Shown piece by piece: positions 53,640-64,000 of a DNA stretch of 64,000 nucleotides. The DNA comes from Mobula hypostoma. Taxonomy: Eukaryota. The notes beneath the pieces are model-generated. The model searched no databases and was not told where the DNA came from. It worked only from the letters and a program-made list of their open reading frames with translations. Each line of letters starts with the position of its first letter. Position 1 is the stretch's first letter. The translations under genes were made by a program, and so were the position numbers. Location of the stretch: contig NC_086108.1 of the NCBI RefSeq assembly GCF_963921235.1, forward strand, positions 43,960,001-44,024,000, in the 5' to 3' direction.

Positions 53640-54565
53640 CTTTATGTTATGTCTCCGTTTAAATGTGCAATGCGCAATTATAGTAACTTATAATAAATAT
53701 TATGTACAACAGGATAGTCAATATAACATAAAAATACAATTGCATCAGCATGAATTAATCAGTCTGATGGCCTGGTGGAAGAAGCTATCCCGGAGCCTGT
53801 TGGTCCTGGATCTTATGCTGCAGTACCGTTTCCCAGATGGTAGCAGCTGGAACAGTTTGTGGTTGGGATGACTGGGGTCTCCAATGATCCTACGGGCTCT
53901 TTTTACATACCTGTCTTTGTAGATGTCCTGAATAGTGGAAGTTCACATCTACAGATGCGTTGGGCTGTCCGCATCAGAGAGACCTGCAATTGAGGGAAGT
54001 ACAATTCCCATACCAGGTAGTGATGCAGCCAGTCAGGGTGTTCTCAGTCGTGCTCCTGTAGAAAGTTCTTAGAATTTTGGGGGGCCATACCAAACTTCTT
54101 CAACCGTCTGATGTGAAAGAGGCACTGTTGTGCCTTTTTCACCACATAGCTGGTAGGTACAGACCACGTGAAATCCTCCGTGATGCTTATGCCCAGGAAT
54201 TTAAAGCTGTTCACCCTCTCAGCTCCAGATCCATTTATGTCTCTAGGGGTAGGCCTGTATCCATGCTTCCTGTAGTCCACAACCAGCTCTTTTGTTCTTG
54301 CCATGTTGAGGGAGAGGTTGATTTCTTGACACCACTGTGTCAGGGTGATGACTTACTCTCTGTAGGCTGCCTCATTAATATTTGAGATTAGGCCAATCAG
54401 TGTGGTCGTCGTCAAATTTAATTAGCAGATTGGAGCTGTGGGTGTGACACAGTCATGGGTATACAGAGAGTAAAGGAGGGGGCTTAGTACATAGCCCTGA
54501 GGGGCACCTGTGTTGAGGGTCAGAGGGGCAGAGGTGAGGGAGCCCAATCTTACCACCTGCCGGCT
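53640..54565 (-). mobile_element. Rex1/Babar LINE fragment
   Basis: TLNTGAPQGYVLSPLLYSLYTHDC and TKELVVDYRK..FKFLGISI. Confidence 0.8.
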
Positions 54566-56940
54566 ATTCCATACTATTGAACTGAATGCCTTGACTAATA
54601 AAGGCAAGCATGCCATATGCCTTCTTCACCAGACTACCAACCTGTGTAATTACTTTCGAGGAGCTACGAACTTGGGCCCCAAGACCCCTCTGCTCCTCAA
54701 CACTGCTAAGGTTGCCCCATGTTCACAGTTGGCTGGCTTAAACGCCATCTGCTATTTCTCCACCCATTTCTGTAAATGATCTATATCCTACTATATTCTT
54801 TCCTAGTCATCTATGCTATCTACAACACCACAAATCTTTGTATCATCTTCAAACTTACTAACCCACCCACCTACATTTTCATCCGGGCCATTTGTATACC
54901 TCACAAACAGCAAGGTCCAAGTACAGATCCCTGCAGAACACCACTAATCATGGACCTTCAGCTCAATAAGTCCCTTCGACAGCAACCATCTGTCTTCCAT
55001 GGGCAAGCCAGTTCTGAAACAAAACAGCCAATTCCCCATTGATCCCATGCATCTTAATCTCCCATGAGGGACCTTGTCAAATGCCTTACTAAATCCATGT
55101 AGGCAGCATCCATAGCTCTACATAAATCATCCTGGTCACCTCATTAAAGAACTCAATCAAGTTAATAAGATGTGTCTTGCCCTGCACAAAGCCATGCTGG
55201 ATCTCCCAAGTTCTAAATGCCCATAAATCCTATCCCTAAGAATTCTCTCCAGTAACTTCCCTACCACTGACATTATACTCACCAGTCTTTAGTTTCCAGG
55301 ATTATCCCTCGTTTTCTTCTGGAACAACTTTAGTTACCTGCCAGTCCTTTGGGGCCTTACCTGTGGCTAGAGAGGACACAAAGATATTGGAGAAGGCCCC
55401 AGCAATTTCCTCACTTGCCTCGCTCAATAACCTGGGATATATTCCGTCAGGTCCTGGAGACACTCACTTTAATGCTCTTTAAGAGACCCAACACTACTTT
55501 CTCCTTTACTTCAAAATGCCCTAGCTTATTAATACTCTCAGCCCTGATCTCCATATCGTCCACATCCTTCTCCTTGGTAAATACTGATGTAAAGTACTCA
55601 TTAAGGACTTCAACCTTTGCATCCAAGCAAATTTCCCCCCTTTATCCTTGAGTGATCCTACCACCAACCTAGTTATCCTCTTGCTTCTGATGTATGTATG
55701 GAATGCTCTGGGATTCACTTTAATCCTACTCGCCAAGGATTTTTCATGGCCCCTCCTAGCTTTCCTAATTAATTTCCTGAGTTCTTTTCTGGATTTTTTA
55801 TTTCTCTCAAGGGCTCTATTTGATTCTAGCTTCCTATGATTTACATATTTTTCTTTTTTCTTCTTGACTAATTTCATCTCCTCCTCCTACATCCAAAGTT
55901 CTCTTATCTTGTCATCCTTGTCCTTCCTTCTGACTGGGACATATCTGTCCTGTATGCTGTGCAGTTGGTCTTTGAACACCCTCCATGTGTCAGATGTGGA
56001 CTTGCCCAAAAGCAGCTATTCCCAATTAGTGCTCCCTAGTTCCTGCAAAATGCTTTCATAAATTGCCCTATTTCAATTTAATACTCTCCCACAAGGTCTG
56101 TACTTATCCTTATCTTGCTACCTTAAAACTCAAGAAGTTGTGGTCACTGTTCCCTAACTGCTCATAAGATCGGTCAGCTGGCCAGGCTTATTAGGCAACA
56201 GCAGATCCAGTACAGATCGTCCTCTTGTTGGGCTATCTTCATACTGATTTAAGAAGCCCTCCTTGATGCACGTAACAAATTCTGCTCTATCTAAATCCCT
56301 TGCACTAAGAAGGTCCCAGTTTATATTAGTGAAGCCCCCCCCCCCCATGACAACAGCCCTATTCTTTTTACACCTTTCTGCCAGTATATATGTTCCTCAA
56401 TGTCTCGATGACTGTTGGGGTGTCTGTAGTTCAATGCCATCAGAGTTATTGCACCCTTCTTATTTTTTTAGTGCTACCCCTGTAGACTCAGTGGATGAGC
56501 CCACCATTATGTCCTGTCTGGGTGCAGCTGTGATATTGTCCCTGATTCGTTATGCAACTCACCCCACTGCTCTTTACTTCCTTCTCTTCTCTTCTAAAAT
56601 ATTGAAACTCTAGAACATTAAGCACCCAGTCCTGTCCCTCTCTCAACCAAGTCTCTGTAACGGGCACAACATCGTAGTTCCATGTACTGATCCATAAAAG
56701 TTCATCACCTTTACCCATAATACTCCCAACATTAAAATATACACACTTCAAACAATCTGTCCCATCCTCTCTATTACTTTGCTGCTGCCTGTTTTACTGG
56801 CCCTGACATTTACCTTCCTCTTCATCCCTCCACCTTCTGACATGGTGTTCTGGTTCCTATTCCCCTGCAAAACTAGTTTAACTCCTTCCCGGTAGCTCTA
56901 GTAAACCTCCCAACCAAGATATTGATTCTCCCCCAGTTTA

Positions 56941-59215
56941 AGTCTGCTCTGAAAACCTGTGCCAACCAGCTGGCAGGAATGTTATATGGGAGTCCACATT
57001 ATGACCAAATCCCCAACCTTACGCGTCCAAATGTCTCTTAAATTAGTAATCATAACCAGCACTTCCTCTGGTGTTCAAGACCAGCAATCCAGAATCCTTT
57101 GTATGAGCTACAGAGAGTCATCGTGAGAGTGAAAAGAGAATTGTGTGTGAAATTGGAGATGGAATCAGACGCACAGCAGTTTGCAGGGTTTACATGCCAT
57201 TACCTCCTAATTGGCAATGATGCTTCACTCCCAATGAGCGCAACTCCTTTTAAGCATACTCTGAAATGGAGAGTAACATTTGTCTGAATCCCCACAGCAT
57301 CTGATGACTCTATGATCTCCTTCACAAATGTCAATGCAAGATAATTCTTCAAGAAGGTGAACCCCTGCAAGATGTCAGGCCCCAATAGTGTGCCTGGTTG
57401 GGTACTGAAAACCTGTACTGACCAACTGGCAGGGGTGCTTAAGGACACCTTCAAACTCTCACTACAGTGGTCTAAGGTTCCCACCTGCTTCAAAAAGATG
57501 ACAATCGTACCAGTGCCCAAGAAGAGCAGGCTGAGCTGCTTCAGTGACTACAGCCCAGTGGCACCCACATCTACTGTGATGAAGTGCTTTGAGGCGTTGG
57601 TCATGGCTAAAATCAACTCCTTCCTAAGCAGGGACCTGGAGCCACTGCAATTTGCCTATCGCCATAATAGGTCTACAGCTGGTGCAATCTCACTGGCTCT
57701 CTACCTGGACCATAGTAATTCCGACATCAGGCTGCTGTTTGTTGAATACAGCTCAGCATTGGATGTAATAGTACCCTCAGTTCTAATCAACAAGCTCCAA
57801 AACCTGGGCCTCTGTACCTCCCTCTGAAACTAGATTCTTGATTTCCTCACCGGGTGACCACAGTCTGTGTAGATCAGAAATAACATCTCCTCAGTGACAG
57901 TCAACACTGGTGCACCTTGAGGATGTGTGCTTAGCCCACTGCTCTTCTCTCTCTACACCCATCATTATGTGGCTAGGCATAGCTGAAACAGCATCTATGA
58001 ATTTGCCAATGACACAACTATTGTTGGCAGAATTTCAGGTGATGACAAGGAGGCATACAGGAGCAAGATAGATCAGATGGTTGAGTACTGTCGCAACAAC
58101 ATCCTTGTCGTCAATGTTAGCAAGACTAGGGACTTCAGAAACAAACCAGTCCTTGTCGAGAGATCAGCAGTGGAGCAGTATCAAGTTCCTGAAGATCCGT
58201 GCTGAGCCCAACATACTGATGCAATTACAGTGAATGCACAATAGTGGCTAAATTTTGTTAGGAATTTGACAAGACTTGGAATATCACCAATAACATTTAC
58301 AAATTTCTGCAGATATATTGTGGAGAGCATTCTAACTGGTTACATCCCGTCTGCTATGGAGGGGCCACTGCACACCTCCATCATGGGCACTATCCTCCCC
58401 AGCATCAGGGACATCTTCAAGAGGAAGATCCATTATTAAGGACCCCCATCATCCAGGACATACCCTCTTCTCATTGTTAACATCAAGAAGCAGGTACATA
58501 CAGGAGCCTGAAGACACCATCAGATTTCTAAGTGGATAATGAACCCACGAACATTACTTCACTTTTTTTTTCTTTTTTTGCACTGATTTGATTTAACTTT
58601 TTTTAATATATACAGTACTTGCAAAAGTTTGAAGAACACATGTATATCTAGGGTGCCAAAGTCCTTTCTACAGTTCTGTAGTAACTTTATGTACTGCAGC
58701 CACAGATAAAAACACAATTCATGACATATGTGAGTGATGATAAACCTGATTCTGAGATGGGTCTCTATTGTAGACTGAGAATGGGAAGGGGTCAGGGAGA
58801 GGGAAATCATGGTTGGGAAAAGAGGAAGGGAGAGGGGAGGGTGCAGGAAGCACTGGAGAGACGTTCTGTAATGATCAATTAAACCAATTGTTTGGAATCA
58901 AATGACCTTGCATAGTGTCTGCAGCTATGCCACCCCACCCCTGGCACTCTTCTGCCTCCTGTTCCACACTCCTCCCACAACACTCTTCCCTCGCCATTCC
59001 CAACATCCTTTGCTCCCGCCAGATTTACAAACTTACTCTCTGCTCCACGTTGACAAATATAGTACTGTGCAAAATCTAAGACTTTTACATAGTACTGAAT
59101 ACTTATTTTAATTTATATAGTTTTTAAAATTACTATGTATTACAGTGTACTGCTGCCACAAAATCACAAATTTCACAATGTATGCCAATGATATTAAACC
59201 TGATTCTGATTCTGA
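56941..59215 (+). mobile_element. Rex1/Babar LINE, decayed
   Basis: VPTCFKKMTIVPVPKK..LQFAYRHNRST (57357-57827), with a tail attaaacctgattctgattctga at ~59193-59215. Confidence 0.82.
58613..59097. mobile_element. Composite element: two palindromic Tc1-like mini-MITEs flanking ~380 bp of passenger DNA
   Basis: cagtact-gcaaaagt...tttctacagttctg (58613-58678) and tagtactgtgcaaaa..acttttacatagtactg (59060-59097). The host Rex1 3' UTR resumes afterwards. Confidence 0.6.
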
Positions 59216-59659
59216 TAGGCGCAACCATCCCTTTTGTCAGGTCACCCCTGCACCCTGCACCCTACACCAGTTCCTCAGCCACTCATTCATCTGTACTGTC
59301 ATCCTATTCCTGCACTTTCTACCTATGTCACTGGTGCAATTGTGCAACATAAGCTCTGGCCACTCACCCTCCCCCTAAGAATATTCTGCAGACATCCTGG
59401 AGCCTGGCACCTAGGAGGCAATACATCATCCTGGGGTTTCTTTGGTGGCCACAGAATCTCCTGTCTGTCCCCCTAACTATCAAGTCTCCTATCAATATAG
59501 TTCTGCCTGACTTTACCCTTCCCTGCTGAGCCTCAGAGCTGGCCACTGGCCTGGCTGATATCAACATTGAAGTTAAAGTGCTCTAAAAAGCCACAAAATA
59601 AACTGGACAGCAGATTATAGGAGAGAAAGGATGCAATGACCTATAGCTTGATTAAAGAC

Positions 59660-61248
59660 AGAAGCTCAGGTTGGGTTCCAAGAGAGGGAATTTGTAGAAC
59701 ACCTATGGGATTTTTTTTCAGAACAGCTTGTTGAATCCACTAGGGGTAAGGCAATTCTGGATTGGGTGTTGTGTAATGAACCAGATTTGATTAGAGAGCT
59801 TAAGATAAAAGAACCCTTGGGAGCCAGTCATCATAATATGATAGAATTCACCCTGTAGTTTGAGAGGGATAAGATAAAAATAAGATGTATCACTGTTACA
59901 GTGGAGTAAAGGGAATTACAGAGGCTTCAGAGAGGAGTGCGCAAAGTTGATTAGAACAGGACATTAGCAGGGATGATGGCGGAACAGCAGTAGCTGGAGT
60001 TTCTGAGGGGGGGTGGTGTTTGAAGGCACAGAATACGTACATCCCAAAGATCAAAGATGAAGAAGTATTCTAAAGGGAGGATGAGGCAGCTGTGGCTGAC
60101 AAGGGAAGTCAAAGATAGCATAAAAGCAAAAGGGAAGGCATATAACATAGCAAAAAGTAGTGGGGAGTTGGATGATTGGGAAGCTTTTAAAAATGAACAG
60201 CAGGCAACTTAAAAATAACATAAGAGGAGAAAAGATGAAATATGAAGGTAAGCTAGCCAAAAATATCAAAAAGGATAAGAAAAGTTTTTTTCAGATATTT
60301 AAAGAGTAGAGAGCCAAGAGTGGATGGTGGACCACTGGAAACTGTTGTTGGAGAGGTAGTAATGGAGACAAAGAAACGGCAGACAAGCTTGTAAGTATTT
60401 TGGGTCAGTCTTCACTGTGGAAGACACTAGCAGTATGCCAGAAATAGGAGTGCAGGGGGCAGAAGTGAGTGTACTTGCTATTACTTAGGAGAAGGTACTT
60501 GGGAAGCTGAAAAATCTGAAGGTAGATAAGTCATCCGGACCAGATGGACTACTCCCCAGAGTTCTGAAAAAGGTAACTGTGGAGGCATTAGTAATGATCT
60601 TTCTAGAATCAATAGATTATGGCATGGTTCCAGACAGCTGGAAAATTGAAAACGTCACTCCACTCTTTAAGAAGGGAAGCAGGCAGAAGAAAGGAAATTA
60701 TAGGCCAGTTAGCCTGACTTGAGTGGTTGGGAAGATGTTGGAGTCCAGTACTGAGGATGAGGTTTCAGGGTACTTGGAGGTGCATGATAAAGTACACCAA
60801 AGTCAGCATGATTTCCTTAAGGGGAAATTTTGCATGACTGATGTGTTGGAATTCTTTGCAGAAGTAACATGCAGATAAGACAAAGGAGAGTCAGTGAATA
60901 TTATGCACTTTGATTTTCAGAAGCTTCTGACAATATGCCTCACATGAGGCTGCTTAACAAGATAAAAGCCCATGGTATTACAGGAAAGAGACTAGCATGG
61001 ATAGAAGATTGGCTGACTGACAGAAAGCAAAGAGTCAGAATAAAAGGGACCTATTCTGGTTGGCTGCCGGTGACAATTGATGTTCCACAGGGGTCATTAT
61101 TGAGACTGTTTCTTTTCACATTATACTGTACGTCAATGATTTGGATGATGGAATTGATGGCTTTATGGCCAAGTTTGCACATGATGCAAAGACAGGTGGA
61201 GGGGCAGGTAGTTTTGAGGAAGTAGGGACCCTGCAGAAGCACAGCGAC
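59660..61248 (+). mobile_element. CR1 LINE ORF2 fragment
   Basis: KSSGPDGLLP, NYRPVSLT and PHMRLLNKIKAHGITG..DVPQGS. Confidence 0.8.
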
Positions 61249-62075
61249 CAGTGATTCCCAACAGGGGCAGATACGTGTCCCAAGGGGGCATTAGGAGAAA
61301 TAGAAATCGTTGGTGAGTGTTCAAGATTCTTGGGGTGGCGGGGGGGACAGTAATGGTACCCTAACTTGAGGTACGAGATTTGACCAGCCGTGTCAACTCG
61401 CTGTCATCGTCAACATCTGATAGGCATTCCCAGTTTGTGTTACTTTTTTATTTTAATTTATCCCCGTTAATGATGGATGGATAAATGGCTCGATCTCTTG
61501 GGTCTGAAGACAGTGAAGTCTTGAATTCTAATCCTGCAAAGAAACAGAAACTACAGAAAGTACGTCAATACAATTTTACATACTTGGAGTGTGGTTTTAT
61601 TCTATTTTCGTCAGATCAGCGACACCCCATGTGTCTTATTTGTAATACTGTACTGTCTAATTAAGCCTTGAAACCATCAAGATTGCAGGAACACTTCCAT
61701 AAAAGACACCCTGAAAAGGCTACTTATGGTATTACTCAGTCCAGAAAATGAAATAAGCATTTGAAAAGCATTGCACACTCAAGTCATTTGCCAAGAAAAC
61801 TAAAAGTGACCTTTATAGTGGTCTCATTGCTTCTTATAACATTTCCAAAATGATAGCTAACTGTGGAAATATCATACAATTGGTGAAAGGTTAATAATGT
61901 TTGCTGTATCATAAGTGCTCACTACTGTTCTCAAAATGGATGGCAGTATTTTAAAATCAATTCCTCTGAATAATAACTCTGTAGCTCGTCATAATGATGA
62001 AATGAGTGAAGACATTGAGTATCAACAATGCACAGAGCTACAAAAAACAGAATTTGTGATACAACTGGATGAGTT
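61249..62075 (+). mobile_element. hAT Buster/Charlie-type transposon, 5' part with decayed transposase
   Basis: TIR cagtgattcccaac. BED-type zinc finger RQY..GFI..PMCLICNTVLSN*ALKPSRLQEHFHKRHP and IPLNNNSVAR..FVIQLDE. Truncated by a Penelope fragment (62075-62170, minus). Confidence 0.82.
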
Positions 62076-63671
62076 AATTGTGTTCATGCCCAGGGGCTGG
62101 GGACTACCCAGACGGTATATGAGGTGTTGCTCCTCCAACCTGAGATGGTATACGAGGTGTTGCTCCTGCCCCATCCCAGTTGTGAATTCCATTAGCTCAG
62201 CCACACAATATCTCTGCAGGAATTCCTCAAGATAGCATCCATGTGTTAAAGGATAGTCCATAAATTCGTGAAAATTACCTTAGTATTCCTTTATTTTTGC
62301 ACTTATTTATTTTTAATTTATAGCAAGTTTGTGTGTCTGCACAGTGCTGCTGCCACAAAAACAACAAATTTCACAACATATAAGACATTGATAATAAACC
62401 GAATTCTTTATTCTGTTAATTTGGAGCCTGAACGTGCAATCTGGTTGTGTTTATGTTGCAATTCAGCAGCAAGAAAACAGCGGGGATTGTGTGAATTCAG
62501 AAGAGTTTTTGTTAATAAGAAATATTATGCATCTAAAGGTGATCTTTAGTGATGAGTATGAGAGATCTTTTGTGGAAAATACTCATCATTTAAACATTTG
62601 GAATAGGAATGTTGTCCTATTCCTTGCTTTTTTCAAACCATGAAAGTAGTTTTATTAATGCAATTCAATAATATTCTCAGATCAGCACATTAATGATCTC
62701 TCAATGATTATCTTGGCATACATCTCTCCACGACCACAACCTCTTCTCACATCAAGGAGGAAAAGAAACATTCAAGGAACTTCTGGCATTTAGAATTGGG
62801 GCCTGGTGAATATTCATAGTTTAGCCAACACAACTAAAATTAGATTATCTGCTCATTATTTAGGTGCTGATTATGGGACCTTTCTGTTTGCAAATAGATG
62901 CCCTATTATTAGAACAAATACGGCACTCCAGAAAGTACTTTATCAGTGTAGGAATACAAGCTTTTCCCTTAATTCCCAGTACTCAAAAATCTGACTGCTT
63001 ACGTTTGATCCCAATAACTGTTCACAGTAGCTTTTTCCTGAAGCTTAAGTTACAATAGTGGGAGACTGAATTTATGAAAGACTGATTTAAATTTCAACGG
63101 AGTGAAGAGGGAATCCCAGTCTCTCCGTAAAATAAACAGAAAGTTGCCAATGTATACAATATTAAAAAGAAAAATGTCTGAGAAAAAAAAAGTGAGGGAT
63201 TTGGAGCAAAGCCATACGATCAATTTCAGCCTTTCTGAGTGGGGTGAAATAGTACACAGTTGTTAAAAAAAAATTGGCAATGGGCAAGTACATTAAACAA
63301 AGCGATAAGTCTCCCAGATGCACTGCATAAGATAAGATTGAACTTACAGCGGAAACATACATTTTACAAATGAAGAAACTTACTATATATTTCACATAGT
63401 GATCCCTTAGTAAACTAGAAACAAAAATATCAAGGATGACTAACCCTTTGATTTATTCTTGCAATAAAACTACCCTACATGTGCTACATAAAGGTCATCT
63501 AGGGTTGAATTTCTAGAGATTTATTTTTCATCTACTTGCTTCATGTCTGCTGTGTTGCATAATGAGACAGTGCAATATAATGCCTATGTTTAAGGCAGCG
63601 TGTGCGAACCTTATTGCAGGCAGCCTGCAGGATGGGGCACAAGCTGATGTTTGGCTCCATTTTGCGCTTAT

Positions 63672-64000
63672 ACCAGACAGTGATGCAGCCTGTCAGAATG
63701 CTCTCCACGGTACAACTATAGAAGTTTTTGAGTGTATTTGTTGACATGCCAAATCTCTTCAAACTCCTAATGAAGTATAGTTCCTATCTCACTTTCTTTT
63801 ATAACTACATCGATATGTTGAGACAAGGTTAGATCCTCAGAGATCTTGACACCCAGGAACTTGAAGCTGCTCACTCTCTCCACTTCTGATCCCCCTATGA
63901 GGATTGGTATGTGTTTCTTCGTCTTGCCCTTCCTGAAGTCTGCAATCTGCTCTTTCGCCTTACTGACGTTGAGTGTCAGGTTGTTGCTGTGGCACCGGTT
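63672..64000 (-). mobile_element. Rex1/Babar LINE fragment (runs off the window)
   Basis: KRFGMSTNTLKNFYSCTVESILTGCITVWY, the same family as 24762-25642. Confidence 0.8.

Larger units (their letters stand above)
53435..59560 (-). mobile_element. CR1 LINE split by two Rex1/Babar insertions
   Basis: Pieces 53435-53640 (3' end), 54565-56940 (APE CVYFNVGSI; ARRGHEKSLASRIK) and 59215-59560 (ORF1 LIGDLIVRGTDRRFCG), collinear across the junctions. Confidence 0.8.

Noticed and set aside
61500..62075. Domesticated ZBED/SCAND3-like host gene
   Set aside because: It has in-frame stops and frameshifts, a TIR, insertion into a CR1 and a 3' truncation, so it is a dead transposon.

Overview
Eukaryotic, AT-rich, repeat-dense genomic DNA, most likely from a cartilaginous fish (ray/shark; inferred from HE1-type V-SINEs and the CR1, Rex1 and Penelope families present). 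The only recognisable host gene is a + strand aldo-keto reductase of the zgc:110366/ZK1290.5 type. Two of its exons are visible (2647-2885 and 21107-21208), and the first carries a 1-nt frameshift. The rest is intron or flank, largely filled with nested transposable elements: many CR1 and Rex1/Babar LINEs, a 5'-inverted RTE LINE, Neptune-like Penelope elements, Tc1, Tigger/pogo and hAT DNA transposons, and tRNA-derived SINEs. The most notable details are the frameshifted AKR exon, a minimal hammerhead ribozyme motif in the Penelope terminus, TSD-flanked fold-back mini-elements derived from that terminus, a composite element of two tiny palindromic MITEs around passenger DNA, and an orphan pre-miRNA-sized hairpin. 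Family names come from motif recognition by eye, with no database searches. Boundaries of old repeats are approximate.
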